Origin: a virus
Lineage: Duplodnaviria; Caudoviricetes
IMG/VR virus record: IMGVR_UViG_3300037295_000223
Location: 1 to 26,128 of that record
Length of the DNA: 26,128 nucleotides
Reading direction: 5' to 3' (one strand)
This document shows positions 10,332-18,411 of the stretch, piece after piece. Each line of letters starts with the position of its first letter. The stretch's first letter is position 1. The notes beneath the pieces were generated by a model, which did not search any database, was not told where the DNA came from, and saw nothing but the letters and a program-made list of their open reading frames with translations. The translations under genes and the position numbers were made by a program.

Positions 10332-11513
10332 TTAATTAGTGATTTCGACAGTCTCGACTAGAGCAACCCATCGTATGATTTTTCCCGATTCCCCTGTCAC
10401 TAAGATCCTTAATGACCCATTTGTGCTGTCAGCACTTATATTTATATCCCACGACGGATTAGACTCCGATAACACCACTTTATTCACTGACCCTTGAATT
10501 GCTGTTGTGGATACCCCTGATCGCCTGTATATGACCCCTGCTGATGTATAACCTGCTCGGCCGTCATCAAGATCAGTCCTGTGTGCGGTTACCATTATCT
10601 TAAATGACCAGGTCGAGTCATCGGTTAGCACTAATCTCCTTGTCCCGGCCGTGCCATCTATGAATAGCTCTACTGGTGATGCACTTATAGTCGTTGACCG
10701 CAATAGATACCGACCGGCCTGGGCATCGCCATTGCTTGCGAATCTTCCGCTGGCCTGAACAACTCCGCCGGGATTTCTGGCTAACGACTGCAGGCCTATT
10801 GCTAAGGAATTATTGGCCGTAACATCTGTTTCAGCTCCGCTACCCAATGCCACAGAATCAAGACCTGCCGCAACTGGTGCAACAAAGCCATTTACCTTTT
10901 CATCATATAGATTTAATTTCTGACCTATAACTGCCCAAGATGTTCCGTTATAATAAAATATACCATTACCGTCTGTCACTCCGCGATCAATATAGATTGC
11001 GCCTAGTGTATCTGGTCCAGATGGGGCGCCAGTACCCTCTCGAATACTCGGGGCACCACCGGCATTAATCACTTGTAGTGAATTTGCCACATTCCCAAGG
11101 CCCGCCTGTGATGGCGTGATACTGATGGATGCATTACCCGAAGCAGTCAATCGACCCTGACCATTAACCGTAAATGTCGATACAGATGAAGACGAGCCGT
11201 ATGTTCCCGGTGTGACCGCAGTATTACCTAACGTCGTAGTTACGGGCGACAGTCCCGAGCCCGTAACATCGCCGACTAATGTCAGTGAACCAGTGGGCGG
11301 ATTTATCCAATCTAAGGAGCCGGCACCGTTTGTTGATAATACTTGCCCCGGATTGCCGGTAGTAATAGGGTAGTCATTTCCCGTGATCGTTACCGGATTA
11401 CTGCCGTTATTAATCTCGAAACCGACTGTATCTAGGTCACCGCCAAGACTTGGCGACGAATCATCCTGGACAAGAGTGTTTCGTGATAATAGTGTACTGA
11501 CCCTTATTGCCAT
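10332..11513 (-). CDS. Shorter fibre protein (393 aa) sharing the C-terminal domain of the two long fibres
   Basis: DDSSPSLGGDLD N-terminal motif, GQVLSTNGAGSLDW, GDVTGS, TPGTYG..TVNGQGRLT; C-terminal GDAQ...LR.TT...ELFIDG...ADSTNGSL...W...EITN. Confidence 0.8.
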   Translation of the reverse strand: MAIRVSTLLSRNTLVQDDSSPSLGGDLDTVGFEINNGSNPVTITGNDYPITTGNPGQVLSTNGAGSLDWINPPTGSLTLVGDVTGSGLSPVTTTLGNTAVTPGTYGSSSSVSTFTVNGQGRLTASGNASISITPSQAGLGNVANSLQVINAGGAPSIREGTGAPSGPDTLGAIYIDRGVTDGNGIFYYNGTSWAVIGQKLNLYDEKVNGFVAPVAAGLDSVALGSGAETDVTANNSLAIGLQSLARNPGGVVQASGRFASNGDAQAGRYLLRSTTISASPVELFIDGTAGTRRLVLTDDSTWSFKIMVTAHRTDLDDGRAGYTSAGVIYRRSGVSTTAIQGSVNKVVLSESNPSWDINISADSTNGSLRILVTGESGKIIRWVALVETVEITN

Positions 11514-11541
11514 TATGATATTCCGTTGTTACCGATTCATG

Positions 11542-11549
11542 TATTTATC
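11542..11549 (-). promoter_or_regulatory. Putative late promoter GATAAATA
   Basis: AGATAAATA in the 81-nt intergenic gap, about 29 nt before the ATG at 11513. Confidence 0.65.
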
Positions 11550-11594
11550 TCTAAGTAACAAAATACAAAATGTCTAGTTAATGTCCCCAGATAA

Positions 11595-12245
11595 TCACGA
11601 TAAATTAGTCTGGTTTTCAGAAAAAGTTGGCAAGCTGCCCCTAAACGCCCCGAACCAGAGACGCCTAATAGTTGCCTTAGTTTCCGGCATTAGTTGACAA
11701 TACCTGGCTTGGAAATCAATTGTATGTTGACCCGGGTGGCTGGTCCAATAATACCCGTCTGTGGGTATGCTCCAGCACCCGTGCTGCAATGCTACGCTGG
11801 CCCGAATCATCCAATCAACACCTACATCTAGAGTAGATATTAGGTCAAGTATCCTAGGGTCTACTAAGTTTCCCCGAAACATAAAAAGATGATGTATCGC
11901 CATAGGGTGGATAGCTGCGCCCTCGTAAGTCTTTATTCCGGTAGTTCGGCCGAGAATGATCCCGTCTTCATCTACTCGGACTTCAACAGTACATGCAGAA
12001 CCTAACCCGTGTCCCAAGGCGGCCAGGCATGTACTGAGTGAAGATTCAGATATGTAGTCATCATCGTCCACAAATGCGACTATTTCATGATCTAGTGCCG
12101 CAATTGCACGAGCCCTAGCCCAGTCACTATGGCATTCGATAATCTTATGCTCAGCCCCGGGCGGTAATGCTGCCTCCACTGAAGCAACACACCGTTTTAG
12201 AAACTTGGGGCGATTATTTCGGGTATGTGTAATTACGGTTAGCAC
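11595..12245 (-). CDS. GT-A fold (GT2-like) glycosyltransferase
   Basis: N-terminal TVITHT..RPKFLKRCVASV, ARA.A, IVAFVDDDDYI (DXD motif) and VDW.IR match the GT2 pattern. GTG start 2 nt after the upstream stop. Confidence 0.8.
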   Translation of the reverse strand: MLTVITHTRNNRPKFLKRCVASVEAALPPGAEHKIIECHSDWARARAIAALDHEIVAFVDDDDYISESSLSTCLAALGHGLGSACTVEVRVDEDGIILGRTTGIKTYEGAAIHPMAIHHLFMFRGNLVDPRILDLISTLDVGVDWMIRASVALQHGCWSIPTDGYYWTSHPGQHTIDFQARYCQLMPETKATIRRLWFGAFRGSLPTFSENQTNLS

Positions 12246-12247
12246 TA

Positions 12248-12931
12248 TTATATGAGGTTGTAATCACCAATTCGGGCAAAATTCAAGTTCAGTTCCACTA
12301 GTGCCGGCACGCCGAAGGCTGAATATTGGTATGCCATACAACCGAACCGCATGGACCCGGAATTATTCGGTGTAGCAAATAGATGCTGTACGAATAATGA
12401 TTGGTTTGAGCCACCTGGAGTAGGTAATATAGAATTTTCACCATCACCAGAGCCGCTGGCTGAAAATCGAGTAAACATATATGAACTAGCATATATGTCT
12501 TGTGCGCCGTTGTCAGCAAACGTTTCTAACCCATATGACATAAGGCCATCTGGAATCAGGTAGGGGTTGTCGGTAAACGGGTTTATTCCGGGTCCGGCCT
12601 GCAGCAATCCCGAAATAGAGACTTCCCATAGACCGCCGCGATTAAATATAAATCGGTTAGTAGGGGTATCGTACGTTATATCGCTGCCAGTCCCCTGGTC
12701 AAGACGAGTGCTATTCCAGCTATTAAAGAGGGAACCTTCGAAATTCATATCTGTTGAGCTTATCTGGAATACATAGTGATCTGGTGATCCGCCGGAAGAG
12801 GGGACAGGGGCGGATATCCATTCGGTACCGTCAAATGTCAATACATCATCCGAAGCTGCACCTACAGTTGATACATCATTTAAGTCATTTAGACCGATAT
12901 TTACTTGTGGTGGAGAAACTTTCTTTTGCAT
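12248..12931 (-). CDS. Short fibre/adhesin with MQKK...GLNDL.DV anchor and a beta-rich C-terminal head
   Basis: First ~42 aa are paralogous to 14881..15333 (LNDL.DV....D.L.[FY]DG..W). The C-terminal 'F.FNRGGLWEVSISG' suggests a C1q/BclA-like jelly-roll (inference). Confidence 0.6.
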   Translation of the reverse strand: MQKKVSPPQVNIGLNDLNDVSTVGAASDDVLTFDGTEWISAPVPSSGGSPDHYVFQISSTDMNFEGSLFNSWNSTRLDQGTGSDITYDTPTNRFIFNRGGLWEVSISGLLQAGPGINPFTDNPYLIPDGLMSYGLETFADNGAQDIYASSYMFTRFSASGSGDGENSILPTPGGSNQSLFVQHLFATPNNSGSMRFGCMAYQYSAFGVPALVELNLNFARIGDYNLI

Positions 12932-12940
12932 ACTATGTCC

Positions 12941-13504
12941 TTATTTTAGCTCAAACTGTAATCTGTTACCAGTTGACGGGCCTATCCGTATTAAATCCTT
13001 CGTACTAGCACCTACTAGATAATTGATATTGTATTTATCACGTTGCTGTGCATAGTACAGCTCTGTGCCAGTCGTGTAGGCAAAAATAACGTCCGAGTCT
13101 GCATTATAAAACTGTTGAGAATTATCAACACAAATTCGGCAACTTGTCGTACCAGAAAAGGACCTTGTAGTGTAACTAGCGGTATCGGTATCGAAATAGT
13201 AGAGATACGAGACTGATGAGAATTGCCAAGCTAATACTATTCCCATGTTATTATCAAATGCTAAAGACACGGTCTCGGCGTTGGGCACCGGGAGGGTGAA
13301 TGCAGTAGGGCCGAATTCAGGATTAACAACTATATTTGGTGTGACATAGGTTGCTATCCAATTCTGAAATAATCGGCCTTCGAGTGGATTACCAATAGCA
13401 ATACCACCAGGTGCTACTTGGCGCAGGGCCTGGTAAGGCAAGTTATACGGCGGTTCATATGGGGAGACTACCGGTTCAACTGTAAATTGGCCCCCTGGTA
13501 TCAC
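12941..13504 (-). CDS. phiKMV gp41-like tail-tip/receptor-binding module protein
   Basis: GGIAIGNPLEGRLFQNW, SLAFDNNM, YYFDT, DSDVIFAYT...YYAQQRDKY and NRLQF resemble the recalled GGVAIQDPSQGL.YQ.W / TFDQNM / YRFQ pattern of phiKMV-like fibre cassettes. GTGA overlap with the upstream stop. Confidence 0.6.
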   Translation of the reverse strand: MIPGGQFTVEPVVSPYEPPYNLPYQALRQVAPGGIAIGNPLEGRLFQNWIATYVTPNIVVNPEFGPTAFTLPVPNAETVSLAFDNNMGIVLAWQFSSVSYLYYFDTDTASYTTRSFSGTTSCRICVDNSQQFYNADSDVIFAYTTGTELYYAQQRDKYNINYLVGASTKDLIRIGPSTGNRLQFELK

Positions 13505-14439
13505 GCTGCGGCCCAGGATATTCTGGCAGTGAAGGACATCGTCTTTGTGTTGTCTTTCGGAATCGTAGTAGCCAATCTCATTTGATACCCCATTAGACCG
13601 CTTTGGTTGCCGGCCCAGCCGTATGAGATGATCTGGACACCTCCCGTAAGGTTACCTTGCGATATTGACCAATTGAACGTATCATCTCTTTGATATGAAT
13701 TCTGAGAATATGCGCCTATTGTTGGATTAGTTCCGGCTGAGGCTGCAGTAACCGGGCTAGCAGTTATTGCAGACAATTGTGTGCCAACTACAGATGTGAG
13801 GGCACCGGACGTCGGTCTGAAGCCTGGTATGCCGAATGCGCCAGGAGACGAAAATACGCGAGAGTCGGCGCAAAAAGATCCTACATTTCGTACCCTAACA
13901 GTGTAGTCATAGTCTGTGCCGCCAATGTTAATAATACCGACACCGTCAGTCAAGTCAGGTATCACCGATAATCTGTAAAACACGGTGAGCTGATCGATAG
14001 CAATCAATGTGATAGTTGTAGGATTTCCAGATCCGTCCAATATCAGTGCTCGGCTAAACAACGTTGCGCCGCCGGAGGACCACCCCGTACCTATCTCCGA
14101 CATATTACCTACAACAGCACCCTGTGCGTAGGAATACCGATAGGTATGGGTCGTTATATAATCCGGAAAACCACTATTCAACGTGGTATTGAGTGCAGAG
14201 TTCGTGACCGTCGACGCTGCAGATTGGGAATCCAATTGCGTTTGGGTGGCCAACGGGATAGACGTACCTGTTCCGATTCTGGAAAAGGATACTACAGGAT
14301 TGTCGGTGGTAAGCCCTAGCCTGTCGAGACCCTGGGTTAATATAACGTTGTCGAACCAGTCTGTTTCTTTGATAATGCTGCCATTGCGACTAACTTCTAA
14401 CCGGTACTCGCCCTTCATTCCTGCGCCATGTTTGATCAT
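13501..14439 (-). CDS. phiKMV gp40-like tail-tip/receptor-binding module protein
   Basis: KGEYRL...WFDNVILTQGLD, Y.QGAV, ILDGSGNPTTITL...DQLTVFY, QGNLTGGV and IPKDNTKTMSFT..ISWA parallel recalled phiKMV gp40 motifs; similar size (about 300 aa). ATGA overlap with the upstream stop. Confidence 0.65.
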   Translation of the reverse strand: MIKHGAGMKGEYRLEVSRNGSIIKETDWFDNVILTQGLDRLGLTTDNPVVSFSRIGTGTSIPLATQTQLDSQSAASTVTNSALNTTLNSGFPDYITTHTYRYSYAQGAVVGNMSEIGTGWSSGGATLFSRALILDGSGNPTTITLIAIDQLTVFYRLSVIPDLTDGVGIINIGGTDYDYTVRVRNVGSFCADSRVFSSPGAFGIPGFRPTSGALTSVVGTQLSAITASPVTAASAGTNPTIGAYSQNSYQRDDTFNWSISQGNLTGGVQIISYGWAGNQSGLMGYQMRLATTIPKDNTKTMSFTARISWAAA

Positions 14440-14879
14440 ATTAATGTTCCTGATATTGGTGTTGTTGAGATAGACATACCTTCTGCCTCTGCATTATTGT
14501 ATGTTTGATAATCTATAGTTACTATCAATGTTCCTGATATTGGTGTCGATGAGATAGACATATCTTCTGCCGTTGCATTATTGTATGTTTGAAAAACTAT
14601 AGTCTCATTCAATGTCCCTGATATTGGTGTCGATGAGATAGACATATCTTCTGCCGTTGCATTATTGTATGTTTGAAAAACTATAGTCTCATTCAATGTC
14701 CCTGATATTGGTGTCGATGAAAGCTGTAAGATTTCTTCCGGCAATTCCCACAGCGTGCCGGAGTCAGGAAGCTGGTTGAATTCTAATGCCTCAGAATAAG
14801 CGTATGGATATATGGCACTTGTGAAGAACTGATTCCTCTCGGATCTAGAGGCCAATACCCCGGTTATTGCGCTGAACAT
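14436..14879 (-). CDS. Small repeat-containing fibre cassette protein (gp39 position); probable start ATG 14879
   Basis: ATG 1 nt after the upstream TAA gives MFSAITGVLAS...TSAIYPY.YSE, followed by 28-aa repeats SSTPISGTLNETIVFQTYNNATAEDMSI. Confidence 0.65.
   Translation of the reverse strand: MFSAITGVLASRSERNQFFTSAIYPYAYSEALEFNQLPDSGTLWELPEEILQLSSTPISGTLNETIVFQTYNNATAEDMSISSTPISGTLNETIVFQTYNNATAEDMSISSTPISGTLIVTIDYQTYNNAEAEGMSISTTPISGTLI
14443..14720. repeat. 84-bp in-frame tandem repeat, about 3.3 copies
   Basis: CCTGATATTGG recurs at 14449, 14533, 14617 and 14701. Units 14533-14616 and 14617-14700 are identical, and the identity continues to 14720. Unit 14449-14532 is diverged. Confidence 0.95.
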
Positions 14880-14880
14880 A

Positions 14881-15333
14881 TTATACCGGCTCCAAATTAC
14901 CTTCAATTTCCCAACGATTTGCCGCGGTCTTGATTATTGTGATTTTTCCGTATTGCCTGCCTATGTTATACGAATCCGGAGTATCGATAGTTACTCCGAG
15001 TGCAGCTAAGACGAATACTTGGCCTATTCCGTTCCAGCTTACAAGAACGTTAGCCCCAATCGGGAAGTTAACAGTGGAGTCGGTCGGAATAGTAACTGCT
15101 GTTGGTATAGCCCCTGTCATCCGTATCAATGTCCCGGTCGCATCGGGCAACTGGAGCGTATAATCGCCGGGACTATCGATAACCCTAATCAATCTACCTA
15201 AAAGACTCGGGACTGCAGCCCAATTACTACCATCATAGATTAGGGTGTCGCCCAAGGACGGCGACGTAGCAGTGACATCACTTAAATCATTTAATCCTAT
15301 ATCTATCTGATCAGATGTTATTTTCTTTTGCAT
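14881..15333 (-). CDS. Fibre adaptor: MQKK/LNDL.DV anchor plus a gp38-like C-terminal domain
   Basis: C-terminal VTIP.D.TV.FPIG...G.GQV....GVT......RQY.....K.A.N.W.I.G.L is a widespread fibre C-terminal domain. First gene after the capsid terminator. Confidence 0.65.
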   Translation of the reverse strand: MQKKITSDQIDIGLNDLSDVTATSPSLGDTLIYDGSNWAAVPSLLGRLIRVIDSPGDYTLQLPDATGTLIRMTGAIPTAVTIPTDSTVNFPIGANVLVSWNGIGQVFVLAALGVTIDTPDSYNIGRQYGKITIIKTAANRWEIEGNLEPV

Positions 15334-15358
15334 TGGTATCCTACGCTATAGTTACTTA

Positions 15359-15366
15359 TATTTATC
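15359..15366 (-). promoter_or_regulatory. Putative late promoter GATAAATA
   Basis: GGATAAATA just downstream of the capsid-gene terminator, about 26 nt before the ATG at 15333. Confidence 0.7.
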
Positions 15367-15389
15367 CAATTAACATAATCATATAGACC

Positions 15390-15415
15390 AAAAGAAAACC
15401 CGCCGAAGCGGGTTT
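15390..15415 (-). terminator. Rho-independent terminator with cUUCGg tetraloop
   Basis: Minus strand reads AAACCCGC-TTCG-GCGGGTTT-TCTTTT after the capsid gene, as is typical after T4-like gene 23. Confidence 0.92.
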
Positions 15416-15439
15416 AGTTTTCTAAATCAAACTTTCTAT

Positions 15440-16612
15440 TTAGAAGAACTTTAGGGTCGTGCTGTCGATGCCGACCTTCGATAGGTAGTCTGCAGCATTA
15501 CCGAACGAGTTAGCTGTGTTAGTCAGCTCCAAGTAACCGTAACGTGTCATAAAGCTGACCACTGGTTCCATTGTCTGTGGATCCATAACTGGACCAACGC
15601 TCATCAATGGAATGTATGGGCAGTAGTAAGCTGCTGCATCAGTTTCAGTAGGACCTTTGTAGCCCAATAGAACTGGCTCAGCGTCACTTGCGTATTGGTT
15701 AACATATACGCGCATGGTGCTGTTCAGAGTACCGACAAACTTTGTGTTTGTTGGCGCTTCGAATGTGCCTTCTGTTGTACGTGCGAACGACGAAGTTGTT
15801 GCTGTCTGGAGAATCGTCAGCGCGGTCGGCGAAACGACTGCCCAGTTAGCTGCGCCACGACGTGTGCGAGCAGCAACCAAGTTAGCTTGCTGGTTGATCA
15901 TAACTGCAAGAGCAGCCATTTCGTCACCAACATATGTAGCTGTACCGGATACGGCAGCCTGGTTGAACACTGTAGGTGCAACTGGGACTAACGAACCTAG
16001 CTTGAACAGCATTTCCTGGTCGATTTCAACAGTGATTTCTTGCGCAAGTGCTTGCATGATTTCAGCTTCGATATCGATACCGTGGATAGCGTTAGCATCT
16101 TGAGCAGCCTCAAAAGTCCAACGTGCCGATAGCTTACGTGTCTTAGCTTCCACAGTCTCTTTCAAGATCTGGATGCTCATCTTGTTGCCTGGTACACCTT
16201 CTAGGCGTGCAGTGGATGCGGCACCTGGGTTAGCAACAACTTCGTTACCCGAATATGCGCGAGCAATTTCGAATGGACCAAGTGCTTCTGTACCAGCTGT
16301 AACACCAGCAGCAGTGTTTGCGTAACGAACACGCAGAGTGTGGATTTGCCCGACTGGACCGGTCATTGGCTGGACGCCCATGATTTCGTTCGCAATAACG
16401 GTAGGCATAACACGACGGATAAGCGGAAGCATCACTTTGTTCAGAACAGCGATGTTACCAGCTTGTGTAGCTCCCGAAGTTGCCGATTCAGCCAAGTAAC
16501 GGCGAGTGTTTTCAAACACGGCGTCCATGGACTGTCTACGGGTTCCCGAAAGACCTTCTAAAAGGGCTTCTTTTGTAGCGCCCCAGTTTGATTCAAATAG
16601 CTTAGTTGCCAT
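15440..16612 (-). CDS. gp23: Major capsid protein (T4 gp23 family)
   Basis: PLIRRVMPTVIANEIMGVQPMTGPVGQI, EAKTRKLSARWTFEAAQD...HGID.EAEI, YKG..E.DAAAYYCPYIPL and MTRYG motifs; AGGAG Shine-Dalgarno. Confidence 0.97.
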   Translation of the reverse strand: MATKLFESNWGATKEALLEGLSGTRRQSMDAVFENTRRYLAESATSGATQAGNIAVLNKVMLPLIRRVMPTVIANEIMGVQPMTGPVGQIHTLRVRYANTAAGVTAGTEALGPFEIARAYSGNEVVANPGAASTARLEGVPGNKMSIQILKETVEAKTRKLSARWTFEAAQDANAIHGIDIEAEIMQALAQEITVEIDQEMLFKLGSLVPVAPTVFNQAAVSGTATYVGDEMAALAVMINQQANLVAARTRRGAANWAVVSPTALTILQTATTSSFARTTEGTFEAPTNTKFVGTLNSTMRVYVNQYASDAEPVLLGYKGPTETDAAAYYCPYIPLMSVGPVMDPQTMEPVVSFMTRYGYLELTNTANSFGNAADYLSKVGIDSTTLKFF

Positions 16613-16627
16613 TATAGTTTCTCCTAA

Positions 16628-17749
16628 TTACTTTTTTGTGCCGGCGAGGGCTAAGATTCTTTGTAGGTCTAGCGAGTCAGAATCGACATCACTTCCTTGA
16701 GCGATTTCCGCCCGATTACCTGTCTTGGCTGATAATGATGCCTCGTTCAACTGCCCTCTTACAAGTGCAGGTTTACGTTCAATGGCTTCATTCAGAACGC
16801 TTGGCAAATACTTGTTGTATGCGCCTTGCAAATTCTTTGTCTGAACCGATTCTAGTAACTCCTTCATTACTCCCTTCTTATCCTTCGATAATGGGGCAAG
16901 TAGTTCTCCCATAACTTTTTGTCTTTCGACCAAGTCCTGAGTCGCTTTCAGTTTAGTATCGAGTCCTTCCATGAGTCCCTTACTCTTCTTAACTGATTCG
17001 CTAAGTGTAGTAAGTTGTACATTCTTGGATTCTAATACCTTTTGCAGCTTCTTAAGTTCCGTACCTTCATTGAGGTATGAAGTCATGAATTCAGCAGCAA
17101 CGCTTTCAAATATCTTACGTCCGAAATCGTTCTCGCGGGCGACACGAATGTCTTCCTTGAATTGACCAATTTCAGCGCGCAGAGTCTTTTCAATGTTAGA
17201 CTCGATAATCTGTGCAGCTCGCTTGATGAATTGTGTTTTGGTTGCGTGTAGCTGTTGCTTACCATCGGTAACCATTTTGACTTTCTGTTCCACTAGGGAC
17301 TTCTTGTCAGCGCGGAACTCGCGGATTTCTTCTGCAAGTTGCTTCAGTAGGAAGTTTTCCAGTTTCTTGAAGTTTTCCTTCATTTTGACTTTGTCGGAAT
17401 GTAATTCCTTAACTTCTTTTGCTACGGCTTCTGTGATAAATCTGTTTAGTATTGCTGTGTGCTCAGTGATCTTGCCTTTGTAGGCAACACGTTCTGCAAC
17501 AAGTTGTCTCTTGTCTTCTGCGAATTCTTCGAGTTCAACGCGGACTTTGTCTGTTAAGAAACGATCCATCGATTCTACTAAGACGCCCTTGTCGTGTTCA
17601 AACTTGCGTGCAAATTCCTCACGGAGTGTTGCAGCAACTTCCTCACGAGCTTCGGTAATCTTAGATTCCCATAGCCCAACGATCTGGGTTCTGGTTTCTT
17701 CGGATAGTCCCGCGCTTTCACTCAAGATCTCGTCAAGTTTTTTTGCCAT
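16628..17749 (-). CDS. gp22: Prohead core scaffold protein (T4 gp22 family)
   Basis: Glu/Lys-rich coiled-coil protein between protease and capsid genes; FGRKIFE motif and C-terminal ILALAG. Confidence 0.9.
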   Translation of the reverse strand: MAKKLDEILSESAGLSEETRTQIVGLWESKITEAREEVAATLREEFARKFEHDKGVLVESMDRFLTDKVRVELEEFAEDKRQLVAERVAYKGKITEHTAILNRFITEAVAKEVKELHSDKVKMKENFKKLENFLLKQLAEEIREFRADKKSLVEQKVKMVTDGKQQLHATKTQFIKRAAQIIESNIEKTLRAEIGQFKEDIRVARENDFGRKIFESVAAEFMTSYLNEGTELKKLQKVLESKNVQLTTLSESVKKSKGLMEGLDTKLKATQDLVERQKVMGELLAPLSKDKKGVMKELLESVQTKNLQGAYNKYLPSVLNEAIERKPALVRGQLNEASLSAKTGNRAEIAQGSDVDSDSLDLQRILALAGTKK

Positions 17750-17760
17750 CTTGAGTTCTC

Positions 17761-18405
17761 CTAAATTTTTAACTCTTGGATAAGTCTCGAAAGGTCTTTA
17801 ACAAGTTGTTTTTGTGCGGTAGCTTCCGTTAATGCTTCCCTTGCGGTACCAAAAACTCGAGATCCACCCTTCATGTTAAAAAGACTTTCATATATTGTTC
17901 TCGGAAATGCATTAGGGGCACTAGGCTGTGCAACAATATCTACTGTCACAATTTCAAATTCTGAAACTGCGCCATCGTCCCCTACATTACCGGAACCACG
18001 GGATGAAACACCCAACTTTGCGCCCGACTGTAACAATGTCTTAACTATGTTTCCCATCGGAGTTGGGACAATTTTCAACTTACCGTATCCGTCTGCACCT
18101 TCCATCCACATTTCTGTGATGAGGTGGCTTACTCGATCAAGGTTAATAGATAACTCTTCCGGATGGTCGAGCTCTCCCATAACTGATTGACCTGTACTTA
18201 TTTTTTCAGTGATAGAATTGACAGCCTTAGCAATTTCACGAACAGGGTATACGCGCTGGTTTTGGTTTCTCACGTCACCCTGAATGAAGATACCCTTCAT
18301 ACAGAGATCCTTACCGCCAGTCATCTTGTTGTCTTCTTCAAGAAGTTGAACGTGCGCTCTATCAAAGGATAGATACTCGTATAGTTTATTTGCCACGGCC
18401 ATCAT
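17761..18405 (-). CDS. gp21: Prohead protease (T4 gp21 family)
   Basis: GIFIQGDVRNQNQRVYP, GELDHP, RVSH, TPMGNIV, LGVSSRGSG and DIVAQPSAPNA. Confidence 0.96.
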   Translation of the reverse strand: MMAVANKLYEYLSFDRAHVQLLEEDNKMTGGKDLCMKGIFIQGDVRNQNQRVYPVREIAKAVNSITEKISTGQSVMGELDHPEELSINLDRVSHLITEMWMEGADGYGKLKIVPTPMGNIVKTLLQSGAKLGVSSRGSGNVGDDGAVSEFEIVTVDIVAQPSAPNAFPRTIYESLFNMKGGSRVFGTAREALTEATAQKQLVKDLSRLIQELKI

Positions 18406-18411
18406 TTATCC

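Noticed and set aside
14443-14720. Possible CRISPR array or DGR template/variable repeat
   Set aside because: The units are contiguous with no unique spacers and lie in frame within a CDS. There is no Cas or reverse transcriptase gene in the window.
14880-14906. ORF-track N-terminal extension MKVIWSRYN of the repeat protein
   Set aside because: It overlaps the upstream gene. ATG 14879, directly after the upstream stop, fits the coupling pattern of the cassette better.
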